A DNA stretch of 64,000 bases from Geosiphon pyriformis uo1 (GCA_016748015.1 JAAOMT010000213.1:340485-404484), one strand, 5' to 3'. Counted from the first letter of the stretch, positions 36,240 to 50,530 are shown. Numbers and translations are program-made. Notes: a model not told the origin generated them from the letters alone.

Positions 36240-39200
36240 TTAACAAATACAATCTAATTATTATCTAATATACAAAACCAAAACTAAAAGTTCCAGCTAA
36301 ATACAATTCATGTTTTTTCTACATGTAACCAGTTATTTAGACCAATTAAAAACACACTATACTAATGCTTTAAAAAAAAACTTATCCAAAAAAAACATTT
36401 TTTGAACAACTTTAAACAATATAACACTATTAAAAATTAAGCTCATTAATTAGCCAGTTATTTTAAAGACATTAGATTTAATATTAACTGGTTTGTATTT
36501 CTAAAGTAATAAGAAATTAGAAAAAATATTATTATTAATAGCAGACAAACTTACATGGAAACCAAACATATCAATATTTTTATAACCATATTTATCTTTT
36601 AGAACAATTATATTTTGTTTTAGTTTACTTACAGTTTTGTTAAAAGTACCCATATGTACTAAAATTTTATTAACTTTAAGACCAAAAACACTGCTTAATA
36701 TAAGATTACCTTGGACAAACTGCTTAAACACAGTAACTAACATACTAATAGGCTTAATAATTAAATTAACCAAAGTTGACAATTTAACCAAATTGGATTC
36801 CAAAAATACCAGCCAAGAGAAAATTAAAAAATTACTAACAATTACAGAAAGAGAAACAAAAACCACCAAAAAAAAATTCAGAAGAATTTAAAAAAACAGA
36901 TGTCTTAGCATAAAAAATATTACTCACAAATTGTAATTTGAATATTTTGGAAGCCTTAAAAAAAGAAAACAAAAAACTTTATAAACTACATCCAGATGGC
37001 CTATTTTTTAACATCTAAAACAACACTAATAACCAGAAGTTTCTCATCAGATATGACACTTTTTTAGTGTATTAGTCTTAAAAATTATAGCATTCAAATT
37101 AATTTAAAATTCAAATATAACCAGAACAAACTGGGAATAATAACCAAAATTAGGAGAGTAAAGAATAAAACATGTTTAATTACTAACTTAAGAAATTATA
37201 TTACTAATTTTAAAAACAGTATAACAAGAAAAAAAGTTGATTAACTTGGTTTTAAACATATTATGAAACAAAATAGTCTTATTTTGATTTATTAAGAAAA
37301 AAATTCTAATATTATTTTTATTCACTAAAATTATTTAATAATTCAAAGCAGATACAACAAAGCTCAATTTATTAAAGTAAAAAACTATGTATTACTAAAC
37401 ACCAACAAACTTTAGCACAACATAAACAACTTTACCAAACATATTAAGAACTGTTTTAATGTTAACAGCAAACATATCCAAAGACATATTACAAAGTACA
37501 ACAGCAGCAGAAAGAGAACCAAACTCAAAAATTATCAAAAACTTGGCAATTTTAAGAGTGATTAAACAAACAGAACTTGTAAACTCAATTAAAAAAGCGG
37601 TTTTCAAAGACATTTGAAAAGCAAATTCCATACAAAAAAGCTTTATATTGTTCTTTAATACCGATTTTGCATTCAAAAAACCATATACAGACTAAAAAAC
37701 AGTTTTAATATAAGCCAATTTGATCTTAAAAATAGCACCAAGCATTAAAATGAAGACTACCTATTCAATAAACTTTTAATGAATAGTAACAATTTCTTAA
37801 ATACCACTAATAGCAACATTAAAAACTAGTAAAAAAAATAATTTAGTTTTTATCTGGTCAGTTCAGTTCTTAAGAACAAATATTTATAAAAGATGTTTTG
37901 CTTTTAAACCCAATAATAATTTGTCAAAGAAAACCAAATTTGGCAATACAGTCAGTAGTTAATTTTGGCCCATCTTGAATAACATATTAGATAATGCAAT
38001 AGAAATTTTATTTAGGATTTCATTAGGAATCACAAAAAAGTTCAGTATAATAATAACAAAAGTAAGCAACTGTTTTTATTTTTTTGAACTTTTGGTCTTT
38101 TTGACTATTTTTTTGAAAAAGAAATATTAGCAGCACCTAATGTAAAAACTATTAAAGAAAAAACTAACTTGTTGGCTGGTCTGTTATTAAAAATTTCTGG
38201 GCTTTTGAAAGAAATAAAAACAACACTAAAACTAATTTATATGTATTTTTTTAAGAAAATCTTGATTGGTAAAAAACCAGCCAAAGATAAAAAAGATGTT
38301 TTAATGGTATTACCAATGGAATTTTAGCTATTAAATTAGCATAAAATTACTTTTATAGTTTTTATCATTAATTAGCATATATTAATATTATTTTAATTAT
38401 TACTTATAACTTAATTAAATTATCAAATATTACTATTTAATTAATAATCTGATTTGTACAATAGAAATTAAGATAATCAAAATTATACAATACTCTAAAT
38501 TATGTAATATTTAAGAATTTACCAAAATTTATAAAAATTTACCAAAATAATAAATAGTTTACCAAAATATTTAATAGTTTAATAAAATAACTTGTAGTTA
38601 TTAAAATATATCTTTAGTTTATCGAAATTATAATAAAAAAAAAATTTAAATTTATAAACTAGTATTATAACAAGTTGTATAAAAGAAAAACTTCTTTTTT
38701 TAAGAAAATGTATTTTATTTTAACTTCTTTAAAATTATTTTATAGTATAAATTCAAAATAAAAATATACTTTAAAAACCAATTCTTAAAATAATTATACT
38801 CAAAACTCTCTAAAACCCAATTAATGTTTTGAAATTGATTAGTTATCAATTTCAGTAAATTATTAGTATTCCAGACTTAAACCAAAAAATAATTTTCTTA
38901 ACAAAATTCAATTTCTTTTATTTTTATTTTTTTTTCTTATTATAATTATTAGGATAGTCTACAAATAAAATTTCTATAGAAAAGTTGACTTTTACAACAA
39001 AATAACTACACAAATTAATGAATTTTCAAATAAGCAATTCTTAAAAAAAAGTTGATATTTACTATAATATAACTATATAAAATAATTAATATAGAATTAG
39101 CCATCCTATTTAAAAGTCCAGCAGTTCAAATTATAAAAAAGAATTTGAAAATAAATTCAGTTATTAAAGATTTACTAGCTTTTAAAAAATGTGAATTAAC

Positions 39201-39450
39201 AACAAACAGATATTAACAATATGCAAAAAAAAGAGACCAAAAATTTCTGATAATAATAACTATTAAAAACAGCTTTTTATTATTATTAGCTAAAAAAAAA
39301 GCTTCCAAAACATTTTGTCTAGCTGTTTCTATAACAGAAAGAACTTTTTTGGTTGAAACTTTATAAGATACCAAAAAAAAGATATTAGTTATAGTTTTTT
39401 ACACTTTATTCTGATTGTGGTTATAAAATTAAGAAGACAAAGAGTTTTTT
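36240..39450 (-). mobile_element. Degenerate LINE ORF1-like element of a second family (RRM-like region + CCHC remnant), interrupted by a solo LTR
   Basis: KLFCMEFAFQMSLKTAFLIEFTSSVCLITLKIAKFL..., and decayed knuckle CCFRC*KIGHL at ~36995-37025. A second copy lies at 60400-61690. Confidence 0.7.
38308..39255 (+). repeat. Old solo LTR of family A (948 bp), heavily mutated
   Basis: Reverse-complement homology to 5745-6696 over the full length. Termini decayed to TATTACCA...CTGATAATA; TSD ATGG/ATAA. The host sequence is contiguous in the copy at ~60480. Confidence 0.88.
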
Positions 39451-39459
39451 TTTTGTATT

Positions 39460-39588
39460 GTTTTGATTAGCTTAAATAACTAATTATATATAACAAACAT
39501 ATAATTTATATCTAGTTTAAATTACTTAATTTAATGTATTATATTAGGTAGTATTTGGACTTTACTTATTAAATTATAAAAAAAAAAT
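39460..39588 (+). mobile_element. Short LINE 3' tail fragment
   Basis: ATAATTTATATCTAG...TATTAGGTAGT..TTGGACTTTA...A9 resembles the 3' tails at 36110-36209 and (reverse) 7890-7980. Confidence 0.5.
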
Positions 39589-40516
39589 TAGTTTTGTAAA
39601 TTTAAAAAAAACAAACAAAAATTTTTTGGTTTTAAAATTATTAAAAAATTAAGATTAAAATTTAATAATAAATATAATTTTTTTTTTAAATATATAGTTT
39701 TTTTATAGAAAGCAAAATTTTTAATAATTTAAAATATAATAAATATTAGTTTTAATATTATAAATTTTGAATTAGTTTTATTTAATATAAAAAATTTTAT
39801 TGAACTTTTAAATTTTACAAATTTTAAATAATTGAAAATTTTAAAATAAAACAAATATTATTAAATACATAAAAAATTTTATTTAAAATAAAAACTATAT
39901 AATTATAAAACAAAAACTAATTTTAAAATCTAAAAATTTAAATTTAAAATAAATAATATTTTTAAATTAATTAAAAATATAATTAAAATTTATTTATTAT
40001 TGTGTAAGTTTAAAATTTGATACAAAATCATTAAAATTTAATAATTAATATAATTTTATTTTTTAATTATAATTGTTTAAATATTAATAAGATTTTTTGA
40101 ATTTTACAATTATAATTTTTTGGTTACAAATTTTTATATACACTTTTTTAGTATCTTAATTAACAAATTTTTTTTGTTATTAATAAAAATATTATTTATA
40201 ACAAAAAATTTATTTGACATATTTATTATTATTAAGTTATTTTTATTATTATTATGGCTTAATGAATGTGGCCTAATTGCTATCTAGAGATATACATAAG
40301 TTATTATATAATTAAAAACAAATTATGTTATTTTTAAAAGTTTTTAAAATAAAACTTGTAGTTAAACATACATTATTTTATATTTTAATAATGTAATATT
40401 TTAATATAAATAAAATTTAATAATTGATAAACAATTTTGTAATTTCATTTAATTGTTAAAAATAATAAAAAATAATATTTTATAAACCATTTATTGGAAT
40501 ATATTTTATATATAAC

Positions 40517-40588
40517 GGGGATGTGGTGCAGTGGTAGCACGTTCGCTTTGCATGCGAAAGGCCCTGGGATCAAACCCCAGCATCTCCA
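40517..40588 (+). tRNA. tRNA-Ala (anticodon UGC), intronless
   Basis: Cloverleaf: acceptor GGGGATG/CATCTCC with the G3:U70 Ala identity pair, anticodon stem TTCGC/GCGAA with loop TTTGCAT, T-stem CTGGG/CCCAG. Confidence 0.97.
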
Positions 40589-40796
40589 ATTAAAATTTTG
40601 CTTATTAAAATACGGAAATTTTAGTAATTCACTTGCTTTATCAGAAGATTCAAAGATCTGTCTTTTAGAAATTGATTCTATTAACTAGAGATTAGTGAGA
40701 TTAATATTTACAAAGGGATATAAACTAATAAAAATGTCCTTGAGAGGATGAGGTGGGAGTAATACAAAGAAAAAAAAGATGAAAAGGGCTTTCGAT

Positions 40797-43700
40797 TTAT
40801 AAATTTCTAATCCCACAGATAATAGCTTTCAATACTCTAGCTTGCCTTTCTTTTTTCTCGATTTCTGTCTGATTATCTAGTGCCCTGTCGCCAACACCGT
40901 CCTCTGTTCCAATGGTTTTTATTGTAGCATTAATCAAGTAAGAAAAATCAGATTGTGTCGCTACAGCAATATCAGACCTAGTTGCCGTCAAGGAATCATT
41001 GAGCTTGGAAAGCTGTTCGAATTTTGTTGCAATTACTTCGGCGCGATCAATCACCGCTCGAGGGACCCCAGCCATGCTAGCCACCTTCATTCCGTAAGAT
41101 TTCGGACACACACCAGGGACCAATTTATATAAAAATGTTACTTCATTGAGGTCTGAATCAACCTGACAGCTCATATGTTTAAGAGATATGTTCGGATTTT
41201 TGGCAAATTCTTGGGTGAGCGTCCCATAATGGGTTGAAAACAGCGCAAGGCAACCAATGTGAGTGGCTAGGTAATGTAGGACTGCATAGGCAATGGCGTA
41301 TCCGTCAAAGGTTGAGGTACCCCGACCTAATTCATCAAGAATTACCATTGAACGTGGGGTAGCTTCATGAAGTATTTTGGAAGTCTCCGCCAACTCAACC
41401 ATAAAGGTGCTTTGACCAGCTAAAATATTGTCGTTCGCACCTATACGCGTATAAATTCTGTCGAAAGGAGTCATCACACAGCGTGATGCCGGCACATAGC
41501 AACCAAGCTGAGCCATAATAATAGCAACGCAATTCTTTAAAAAAATAAAAAATAATTAATAAAGAACGGACGGGGTTTGAAATATCAATGAAATTGAATA
41601 ATAATCGACTAACTTGGCGTAACAATGTTGATTTTCCACCCATATTAGGCCCAGTTAAAAGAATTAGGTTTGGCTCTTTTCCTCCCAAATATGTATCATT
41701 TGGAATAAAATCTGTCGCAACTCTGTTAATGAGAGGAAATATAATGAAATGAGACAGATTGAAAATCTGTGTAAAACGCAATTATTCAAAGCCAGTTAAT
41801 ACTGACCCAGGAACGACACAAGGATGTCTCAAATTTTCGAACATCAATACACTAGGACCTTCTTCGATAAATTCTGGACGGCAACAAGGATCTATAAAAA
41901 ACCGAAAGATTTTGTAAGGAGTTTAGCAAACGGAAATAAAATCTTGTCCAACTTACCACCTAATGTCATCGAACTCTTGGCTAGGCTTAACAAGCAGTCC
42001 ATTTCAGCAATAACTTTGACAGCTTCCAACCATTGCTTATAATGGGAATCAAATTTTTCATAAAATCTGCCACGCAAGGATTTAAGAATACCATTTTTAG
42101 TTTCTTGAGCTTCTTGGAGCTCTCTGATAAATTTTTGTAAGGTCGGATTCCAGTACCGATTAACTAACTATTTAAACAAAATGAGTATGGGATGTTATAC
42201 AATACTCAAATCAGGGAACCTATCAAGGGTTGTAAAGATGCAATTGGGATCTTCACCTTCGTGCTAGAAAGTTTTCTCCAATCATCCGGTACTCTGATCG
42301 CGTTTGAAATTTCAATCTGATAAATTTCCTTGCCCACGTCTTTATAAACGGCCTTAGTAACGCTAATATTCCAAAAATAATTAATATTGGGAAGGGATAA
42401 TTTTGATTTATCTATTTAATTTGCAATTTACCCTAGGCTTTTTTTAACATCTAACAGATGCTTGGCAAGTTGTTGATCAATTTTTTTCAAGGTATCATTT
42501 ATTTCGTCATAATCACTTTCGATGCCAGAATAGGGAATCAGGTTGCCTATTGGAAATGGATCAAAGATGTAGCAGAAAAATAGTATGGCGTAAAGACACA
42601 GGCTAAAGCTTTGAATATGTGAAGACAACCTTCAGTTTCTGCAACCTTATGATCGAATGCGTTTTTAAAGTATTCGAGGTCTGAAGATAAATCTGGCATC
42701 CTTGCAAACAAGCTAAGCAATTTTTTAGATTCGAATTTTGTCACATAAGATCCGAGTTCTTTGAAGGCGTCCTTTATTAGGTAATTTCTCGGAATTAGTG
42801 GACGTTAGTTGGAAAAAAACAAAAACTAATCACAAACCATCAATCGCTGAAAAGCAGATAGAACAAGGAGGAAATCCTTAACGGGACAAGTTCCAGCATG
42901 AATTCTGCTTATTAACCTTTCTAGGTCAGGAAATCCCTTGAAAGATTCATTAAATGTTTCAATATATCCGGGAACATTGGATAATTCATCAACTGCATCA
43001 AGTCGTTCATTAATAGCCTCAGACATTCGAAGTGGATGACACAGCCACCGTTTGAAGGTACGTTTGCCTTTGGGAAGAGATTCTCAGATATGATAACAAT
43101 TAGAAATTTAAAACGTAGTCCTTGTTCACTTACCAAATGGGGATATGCATCGGTTTAATAATTTAAAGAGAGTCCCTTCGTCGCTGCCATCAATGTTATT
43201 CTCAAAAACTTCAAGATTTGCCAAGGTTTGCCCATCGAGTATCAATGAGGTGTGATGGCGTATAGGATCATAAACGTGAAAATTGCCAAGTGACACCAAT
43301 TCCATATCTAGCTTAAGCTATATGAATAATTCATATATTTAGTTGGAACATCTAGAGTCCCTTATACCATAATCTTACTTACCGAACGCAAATACCATAA
43401 AAGACCTAGATGTGATTAAAGGACAGGTTGTTGAGGCAAAACTATTTTCAAATGTCAACATAAATATTTTCAAAACTTACCTCCCAAGGCTGACATCATG
43501 ATTGGCCTTGTTTTCGCCACTTGAATCGCCATGGGAAAAACTTCTACGAATGGGGATCCCTTAACAACCCATATAAATTCCCAAGACTTTGACGCAGAAA
43601 AAGCCTACTCACCTTCAACATCATTTTCTTGACTATTCGATATATTTTCTTCCTCCTCGGTTAATTTTAAGTTATTTTTTGATTTGGGTTCAAAGTATCC

Positions 43701-46240
43701 ACATCTATTAAGCTCGCCAATTGTAGTCTGAGCATTCCAAAATTGGCTTTCGGGATCTAGTGGATTCAAAATTAAGTTTGGAATGCAATCCTTTAGGATA
43801 CGCTGAGTACGTTTGCTTAAATTTCTCTAAAATAATATGAGAAAAGAATAAATGTAAAACAGGAAAAATTAGGCCAAATCTAGATCAGTAATCATATCTG
43901 AAACTCTATCAATTTTCGAATAAATTTATAGAGTATAAACCTTTTCATATATGATTTCTCTCGGCTTTAATTGAATGATCAATGTTTCAAATTGCGTCCG
44001 ATTGACGTCGTCTTTGAAAGAGGCAAGATTAAATTCTCCAATCGCTGTATCGACAAAGCAGATGCCAAAAGAAGGTGGTTCATGATCGAAACCACAGTCC
44101 TCCTATTGATTTAAGAAAAAATCATCAACTTAATAATGCAACTAATTCGGAAACGTACGATGAAAGATGGTAACCACAAACCTTGATTGCCATACTATAG
44201 GTACCCATATCATTTGTAAGAAAACCGCCATCGACCAGTGTTCCAGCTGTGAGAATGGATGTTAACTCGCGACGAATGATTTTTTCTTCCTATTTGATGA
44301 AGAATATGGGGGTGAAGTTTCATTTTTGTATAAATTTATTTGTCCTATAATTGAGCAATTTAAATTACGTGCCTTTTTGTTACTAGCTTTTTCGCGCATC
44401 TCTTTCCCAAGAGCTGTTTCCATTTGATCAACTTTACCAACTTTGTAGCTATCAATCAAATAAATTAAAAGAACTTCAAATCAACCAAATTGAAGCTAAT
44501 GTTTAAAATGGTTTCAGGATCTCGAATAAGAGGTTTTACCCTTTGGCAATGAACTGTGATGCCCAGTGTTCAAATGAAGATTCCGGTACACCAACCATCC
44601 GCATATTGGTGCGATCGGTAAGTTTGAGATCGAACTCGGTATGGCCGATGTCGGCATCACGTTCGTACAATTCTGTGAAGTGATAAATTTCAAAGTCAGT
44701 TGGTAGGTAATAAATTCAAAATTTGCTATGCCAAACAAAATACCATAGAATTTTCCTTTTTTGAAAAACACAACCTATTTGGAAACAGATTATTTTGAGT
44801 TAATTTGATACATTGCAACGCGATGCAATTATAAATGATTCATAAAATAATATATACGGTATCCCAGTGTAGAGATTTGATATCCCAGAATTGTTTTTCA
44901 AAAGGAGTAAATTTCTTCCAAGCGGATGGGGGAATATAAAGAGTTCGAGGATCATAATTAAGAGTTCCTGCGACGAGATATAAAGTTGTAAAGGGTCAAA
45001 AAGAACTCTTTAAGATCCCAAACATGTTCAAGGCCTTACCTTCTAGATTTCCATTAGCATCTTTAACTTCAAGAAGCCAGCTGTAGCGTTCTTCATTCTT
45101 GGCCTTGAATTCAGCGGCTCTTTGCTGAAACCAAATTTTGCATTTTACGAGTGAAAAAGACTTGGAACCGAAAAGAGTGGCAATTGTAAATTCTTACCTT
45201 CTTTTTCTCAGTGGCTGTAAGGATTTGAGGCGGAGAGTTCAAGGTAGGACCTCCCTTCAGGGCAGAGCCGGAAACAAAAGCCTACAAAGAATATGTATTA
45301 AAATATTAAGGGCGTCCAGTCTTCACAAGACAGCCGAAAATAAAATTACAAGCCTTGAGTTTATTTTCAGGTGTTTTACTCAATGATTTCTTATTGAGAC
45401 TTTTTCGAGATGTTAGAATTTCTCCCCCCTCTTCCACTTCGTCTTCATCACTCAATTCTAAAAGTTAATTAGCAAAAGGCTGAGGAATGAATCGGAAAAT
45501 TAAGAATGAGGTATCAATTTAAGAACCTGAATCACAATTTTTCTGTTCTTGAGGCCTATAAACATCCTCGTTGTCTAGTCCACCTTTTTTATATACTTGT
45601 TCAATGGATTTTCTAAGCTTTTTTGTTACTAGAGATTTTTCTAGAAGGAAGTGTAGAATCAAATGAAAACAAATTTAAAATGTCTTATGATAAAAGTTAG
45701 ATAATTTAAATAGGGTACTTGGAGATTCAACAAATTCTTCATCAAGGTCACCATCTTCGTCATCCTCGGATTCAATAAAAATTTTGCGCTTGGCGCGTCT
45801 CTAAAGTTAATGAATATTGGAATATGAACTGTACTTTCTCGAGGGCAAAGTAAAAAAAGCTTATTCGAATAAAAAAGTGCGTATTTTACAGGATTTCTTC
45901 GGACAAGATATGGCTCTTGATCTTCTCCCTCTTCTGGGGCAACACTTAGACCAATGTCTTCTTTAACGACTACTGTCGTGTTTAAAGAGGTGTACTTAAT
46001 CGGTATAGGATTTTGAACTGGAGTATTTGCAGGCCAAGAAGCATCAGCCTTTGGTGTCTTTAATTGTTGTTCAGGTAAACTAACATTCCGCTCGGCCTCT
46101 TTAACAGGTGTAGGCAGCCCTCCTTTGGTCAAAAAGGATAAGATAGTTTTTTGTCCCTTGGGCGTATTAATGTCACTCCCTTTCCTTGCCGCGCTGTTAG
46201 AACGCGACTGAGCCACTGGGTCTCGTTTCAAAGGTGGCAT
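40797..46240 (-). CDS. MSH6: DNA mismatch repair protein MutS homolog 6, multi-exon
   Basis: [31 protein letters not shown] (MSH6 mismatch-binding Phe-X-Glu loop), [14 protein letters not shown] Walker [25 protein letters not shown]. Start MPPLKR at 46240 is inferred. Confidence 0.95.
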
Positions 46241-46597
46241 ATCTTCGGCACCGATGTCTTTGTCCCTGACTAAAAAAAGTTGTTTTAGACTCTGCGAGGT
46301 TGTGAATTTTTTCAATTTATGTGAAGCTTTAATTTTAATGAGCCTATAGGCGTGCTTGATTCTTTCTTAGAGTGATACTTTGCGGCAAAGGGGTTTTTAG
46401 AACGCGTGCCAAACAAGAAAAAGAGAAGAAATTGATTTTAGTCGCGTTTCCTTATGTGCTCTAGTTTGATTAATTTTCACTGTGTAAATTGTGATATATA
46501 TATTTGAGGTCACGCATAACCAATCAAAATGATATATAATTGATTCACACAACTTTTTTGTTAAGCGCTTTTCATACATACGAGAGTTGTTTGCATT
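46241..46597. promoter_or_regulatory. Bidirectional promoter MSH6/UTP14 with MCB-like sites
   Basis: 357-bp divergent intergenic region; ACGCGT at 46402-46407 and TCGCGT at 46442-46447. Confidence 0.55.
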
Positions 46598-49500
46598 ATG
46601 AAGGCCGCCGCAAAAAAAGGCCGTAAAAAAAAGGTACCATTATCGAAAGACAGGCAGCCTAAAAATATATTGAAAAGTCTAGTTGAAAGAGGTCAACATA
46701 GTGGCCTAAAAGAAGGGAAGGCAAGTAATGGTGGCAACACTAAAAAGCGAGTGAGGTTTAATTTGGAAGGGGATCGGGATCTGGAAGAACCATCGAAGAC
46801 AGACGAAGGAGATTATGCTAAAATTTTTGGTCTAGATGGAGAAGAAGCTGATGAAATTGACAAAATTTTCGCCAGTGCGGCATTGGATGGTTGTGATGGA
46901 TCTGATCCTAATTTTGATAGTTCGGGATCCAATGAAGATTCGGATTATTCGGGGGAGAATTCCCAGAAGGGCAATATTGATATTGACAAACAAGAACTTA
47001 ACAAGAAAGAGATGAAAAACAAACTAACCTCCTTCATCTACTCACTTGATAAAAAACGCAAGCGGAATCAAAAAGAGGAAAAAACCCAGAAGGAGGATGT
47101 TGTAGCTACCAAAAAACGTAAAAGATTTATCGAAGAACGTACAGAAGCCTATTCAGAATCTGAGTTCCACATTATAAGAAAGGATGCTTTAACTTCTGGT
47201 TTCAAAAAAGGGATCAAAGAAAAGATTGAAATCGGAGATCTTTTGAATTCTATCAAGAATGAAACGGGATTCAGTTCCTTAAAGCAAAAAGTTGCTCAGA
47301 TGGAGGGGGGAAGCAAGGGAAATTCTAAAGAACCTGTAGCACCACCATTGCCTCAACGAATTCAGGACAAACTTAATCGTGAGGCTGCCTATGAAGAAAC
47401 AAAGAAGGAAATTACAAAGTGGGAGCCAATTGTCAAGAAAATTCAACAGGTGGAACATTTATCTTTTCCACTCGATTCTCCCGATTCCTATAAACCTTCG
47501 AATTATGCGCTTGCTAGCACATTCAAAGTAAGAATATTTTAACGATTTTTTTTTTTCGAGATTTTCAAAAAATTTTAACTTTATAAGCCGATTCTTATCA
47601 AATTGACAGCCCTACACTGAACTAGAGAAACAAGTACAAGATGTACTAATCGAGAGTGGTGTTCAAGAAAAAGACTTGCAAGCATATGAAGAATTGGAAT
47701 TAAATAAATTATCAGTGGAAGAGATTCAGGCACGTCGTCAAGAGCTTCGTAAAATGCGTGACCTTATGTTTCGTGAGGAAATTAAAGCAAAGCGAGTCGC
47801 AAAGATCAAGAGTAAGACTTATCACAGGATCAAAAAGAAGGAGAAAGAGCGAAATAATCTCGATGTGAAACAATTAATAGCCCTTGATCCAGAACTGGGT
47901 CGCCAAGAACACTTAAAACTGGAAGCAGCCCGTGCCCAAGAGAGAATGACTTTGAAACATAAAAATACCAGTAAATGGGCTAAACAAGCCTTGAAGCATG
48001 GCCATAATGATCTAACAAGTCGACAAGCAATCATTGAACAATTAAAGACACATGAAAAATTGAAAAAGAGAATTCTGGATTTTCCCTCTGACGAAGAAGA
48101 AAAATCAAATAGTGATGGTAGTGAATTTGAAGAGGGAGAGAATGATGATGATATCGAGACAGTCAAAGCAAAGGCATTCGATGAATTGGCTCAAATGGAA
48201 GAACGGTCTAAAGGCGCCCCGATGCCCACAAAAGGTTTATTTAATATGAAATTTATGAAAAATGCCATGGAAAAACAAAAGCAGCACGTGAAAGAAGTTT
48301 TGCAAGGTTTTACTGAGGATTTGGAAAATGATAACTTTTCTGATATGGGGGAGAATTCTGGAGAAGATCGGGAAACTCCCAAGGAAAAAAATCAAAGTTT
48401 ATTTAACAAAGTTGGAAACAATTCAGGGAGGTTGATTATAAGTACGAGGGTTAAAAAGGTACACAACATTATGTTTTCTAAATATATCAAGTTTATTTCA
48501 AAGAATGCTTTTAAATTTTTATCCTTCATTATCTCATTCCAGGATAACACTTCTTCCACAATTAATGTAAACGTTAAAAAAAATGATATCAAAGATAATT
48601 TACATTCTTCGAATAACGATTCCAAGAAGGTAATTTCCGATATTGAAATCTCATGAAACATTTCCCCTTCTTTCCTTTATTTTCTTTAACTCTTGATTCC
48701 AAAGTCTCCTTCAAACCTTAAATCTGTCGAAAAAGACCTCAATAAACCTAAATCAAAAACCTCAAAGAGGATCAAAGATCAAGAAGATATTGAGGAAGAA
48801 AGCAATCCTTGGTTGCAGGTGGAGTCCAAGGTAGCCACATCAAGCAAGAAAATTAATAAAGGCATCGTCAAAGGCAGTCAAAAATCTGAGAAGCTTGTAG
48901 CCAAACTTAAAAAAAAGAAAACGGCCCCTCAAAATAAGGAGTTAGAAATTAATCCAGATATACTCTTGACAATTGGAGGTAGTCAAGAGTCTGGTGAGTA
49001 CTTAGCTTGGAATTTTAAGTCAAAATTCCTATTTCCATAAAAGAGACCATAAATTTATTATTTCTTTTTTTCAAATCACAGCCAAATCAAAAAACCCCAA
49101 AATTATTAAAGCGTCATCTTCAACTGATCTTAATTTGACATCGCATCAAGACGAAGATTCCCAAGATGATTTAGATTTGGATTATGTTAGGATTCCTAAT
49201 ACTATTGTGCATGCAAAATCTCCAGCAGCCTTCACGCAACGAGAATTGGTTGCTCGAGCTTTTGCTAACGATAACGTAGTAGAAGTAAGTTACTTACAGA
49301 TGAATAATAATTTTAAATTTTGTTCCTGTATTGAAATTTATTAATTATTTTATAGGACTTTGAAGCGGAAAAACAAGCCATTATTGAAGAAGACTCTACA
49401 AAAGAAGACTTAACATTACCTGGCTGGGTAAGTAAACCTGGAAAGGTTTAAAATTACCCCAAATTTCCATCTATTGAAAATTCTAACAATCATTCCGGTA

Positions 49501-49939
49501 AATTAGGGGATTTGGGTTGGTAAAGGAGTCAAAAAGAAATCCCAAAAAAATTTAGTATTAAAGAAACCACTGCCAGGTGAAGGAGTTGACGCTGCGAAAC
49601 GGCAAGATGGGAAATTAAAACATGTGATTATTAACGAAAAACGCATAAAAAAGGTAATCCATGAAAACTATTTGAATTAAAATTAATTAATTGAAAATCA
49701 GTCGTCCACAAAGATGTATCATAAATAATTCTGAAAATTGATAGGCAACCAAATATCTTGCCACTAAACTTCCCCATCCTTACGAGACGTGCTATCAGTA
49801 CGAGAAGAGCCTACTGAATCCGTTGGGCAAGGAATGGAATACTCATCAAGTTTTTCAAAAAATAGTTAAACCTCGAATTATCACCAAGATGGGCGCGGTC
49901 ATCGAACCTCTTGAAAAACCCGTGGAATTGAATGAATAG
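46598..49939 (+). CDS. UTP14: SSU processome component Utp14, multi-exon
   Basis: PLPQRIQDKLNREAAYEETKKEITKWEPIVK, LMFREEIKAKRVAKIKSKTYHRI, RAQERMTLKHKNTSKWAK, TLPGWG.WVG.G, HVIINEK, QYEKSL..PLGKEWNT. Confidence 0.95.
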
Positions 49940-50530
49940 AAAACATAATTATTAGTTAAAAGATAGTTGAATAGCTATTAATGGTTCCTTAGCTCCAAGC
50001 TTTGTCAGAATTCTTATTATCCCACATTATAAGTGTTGATAGTGAGGGTGTGTACTTGAAACCAAGCAAATTTCGCTTGTATGGGAAGCGCGATCATGTG
50101 AAAATTCATTTTTTAGCAATAATTATGTGAGTAAAGAAATTTTAATTTATAGTTAAATTTTTTACAAATGGAGGTATTCAAAACATTACATTACATAATT
50201 GCAATTGGTAAAATTAAAGATTTTTAATAATTATTTTATTTCTTAAAATATTTTTGATAATTGATTTTTTTATACGTATATTATGATTTTTTGCAATAAA
50301 ATTATATATTTAAACTTTTTGTAATTTTAAATTAGCTTATTTTTTTTGGTGCTAAATATATTTTTGAATTAAATAATTTTATTGTGCTAAACTTTTTAAA
50401 AATTTTACATTTTAGACCATATACGTATATTGTCCAACCAGGAGATAGCTCTACATAAATTCCTTTACAAACCTAACGAAATTCTCAAGTTCCTTTTAGA
50501 GTCAATTCAATCCCTCACTTATTTGTCAAT

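Noticed and set aside
50168-50530. Upstream exon for the 436-aa hypothetical gene
   Set aside because: The obvious GT-AG join (~50208-50415) reads in a frame that stops shortly after 50531, so the 5' structure could not be resolved.
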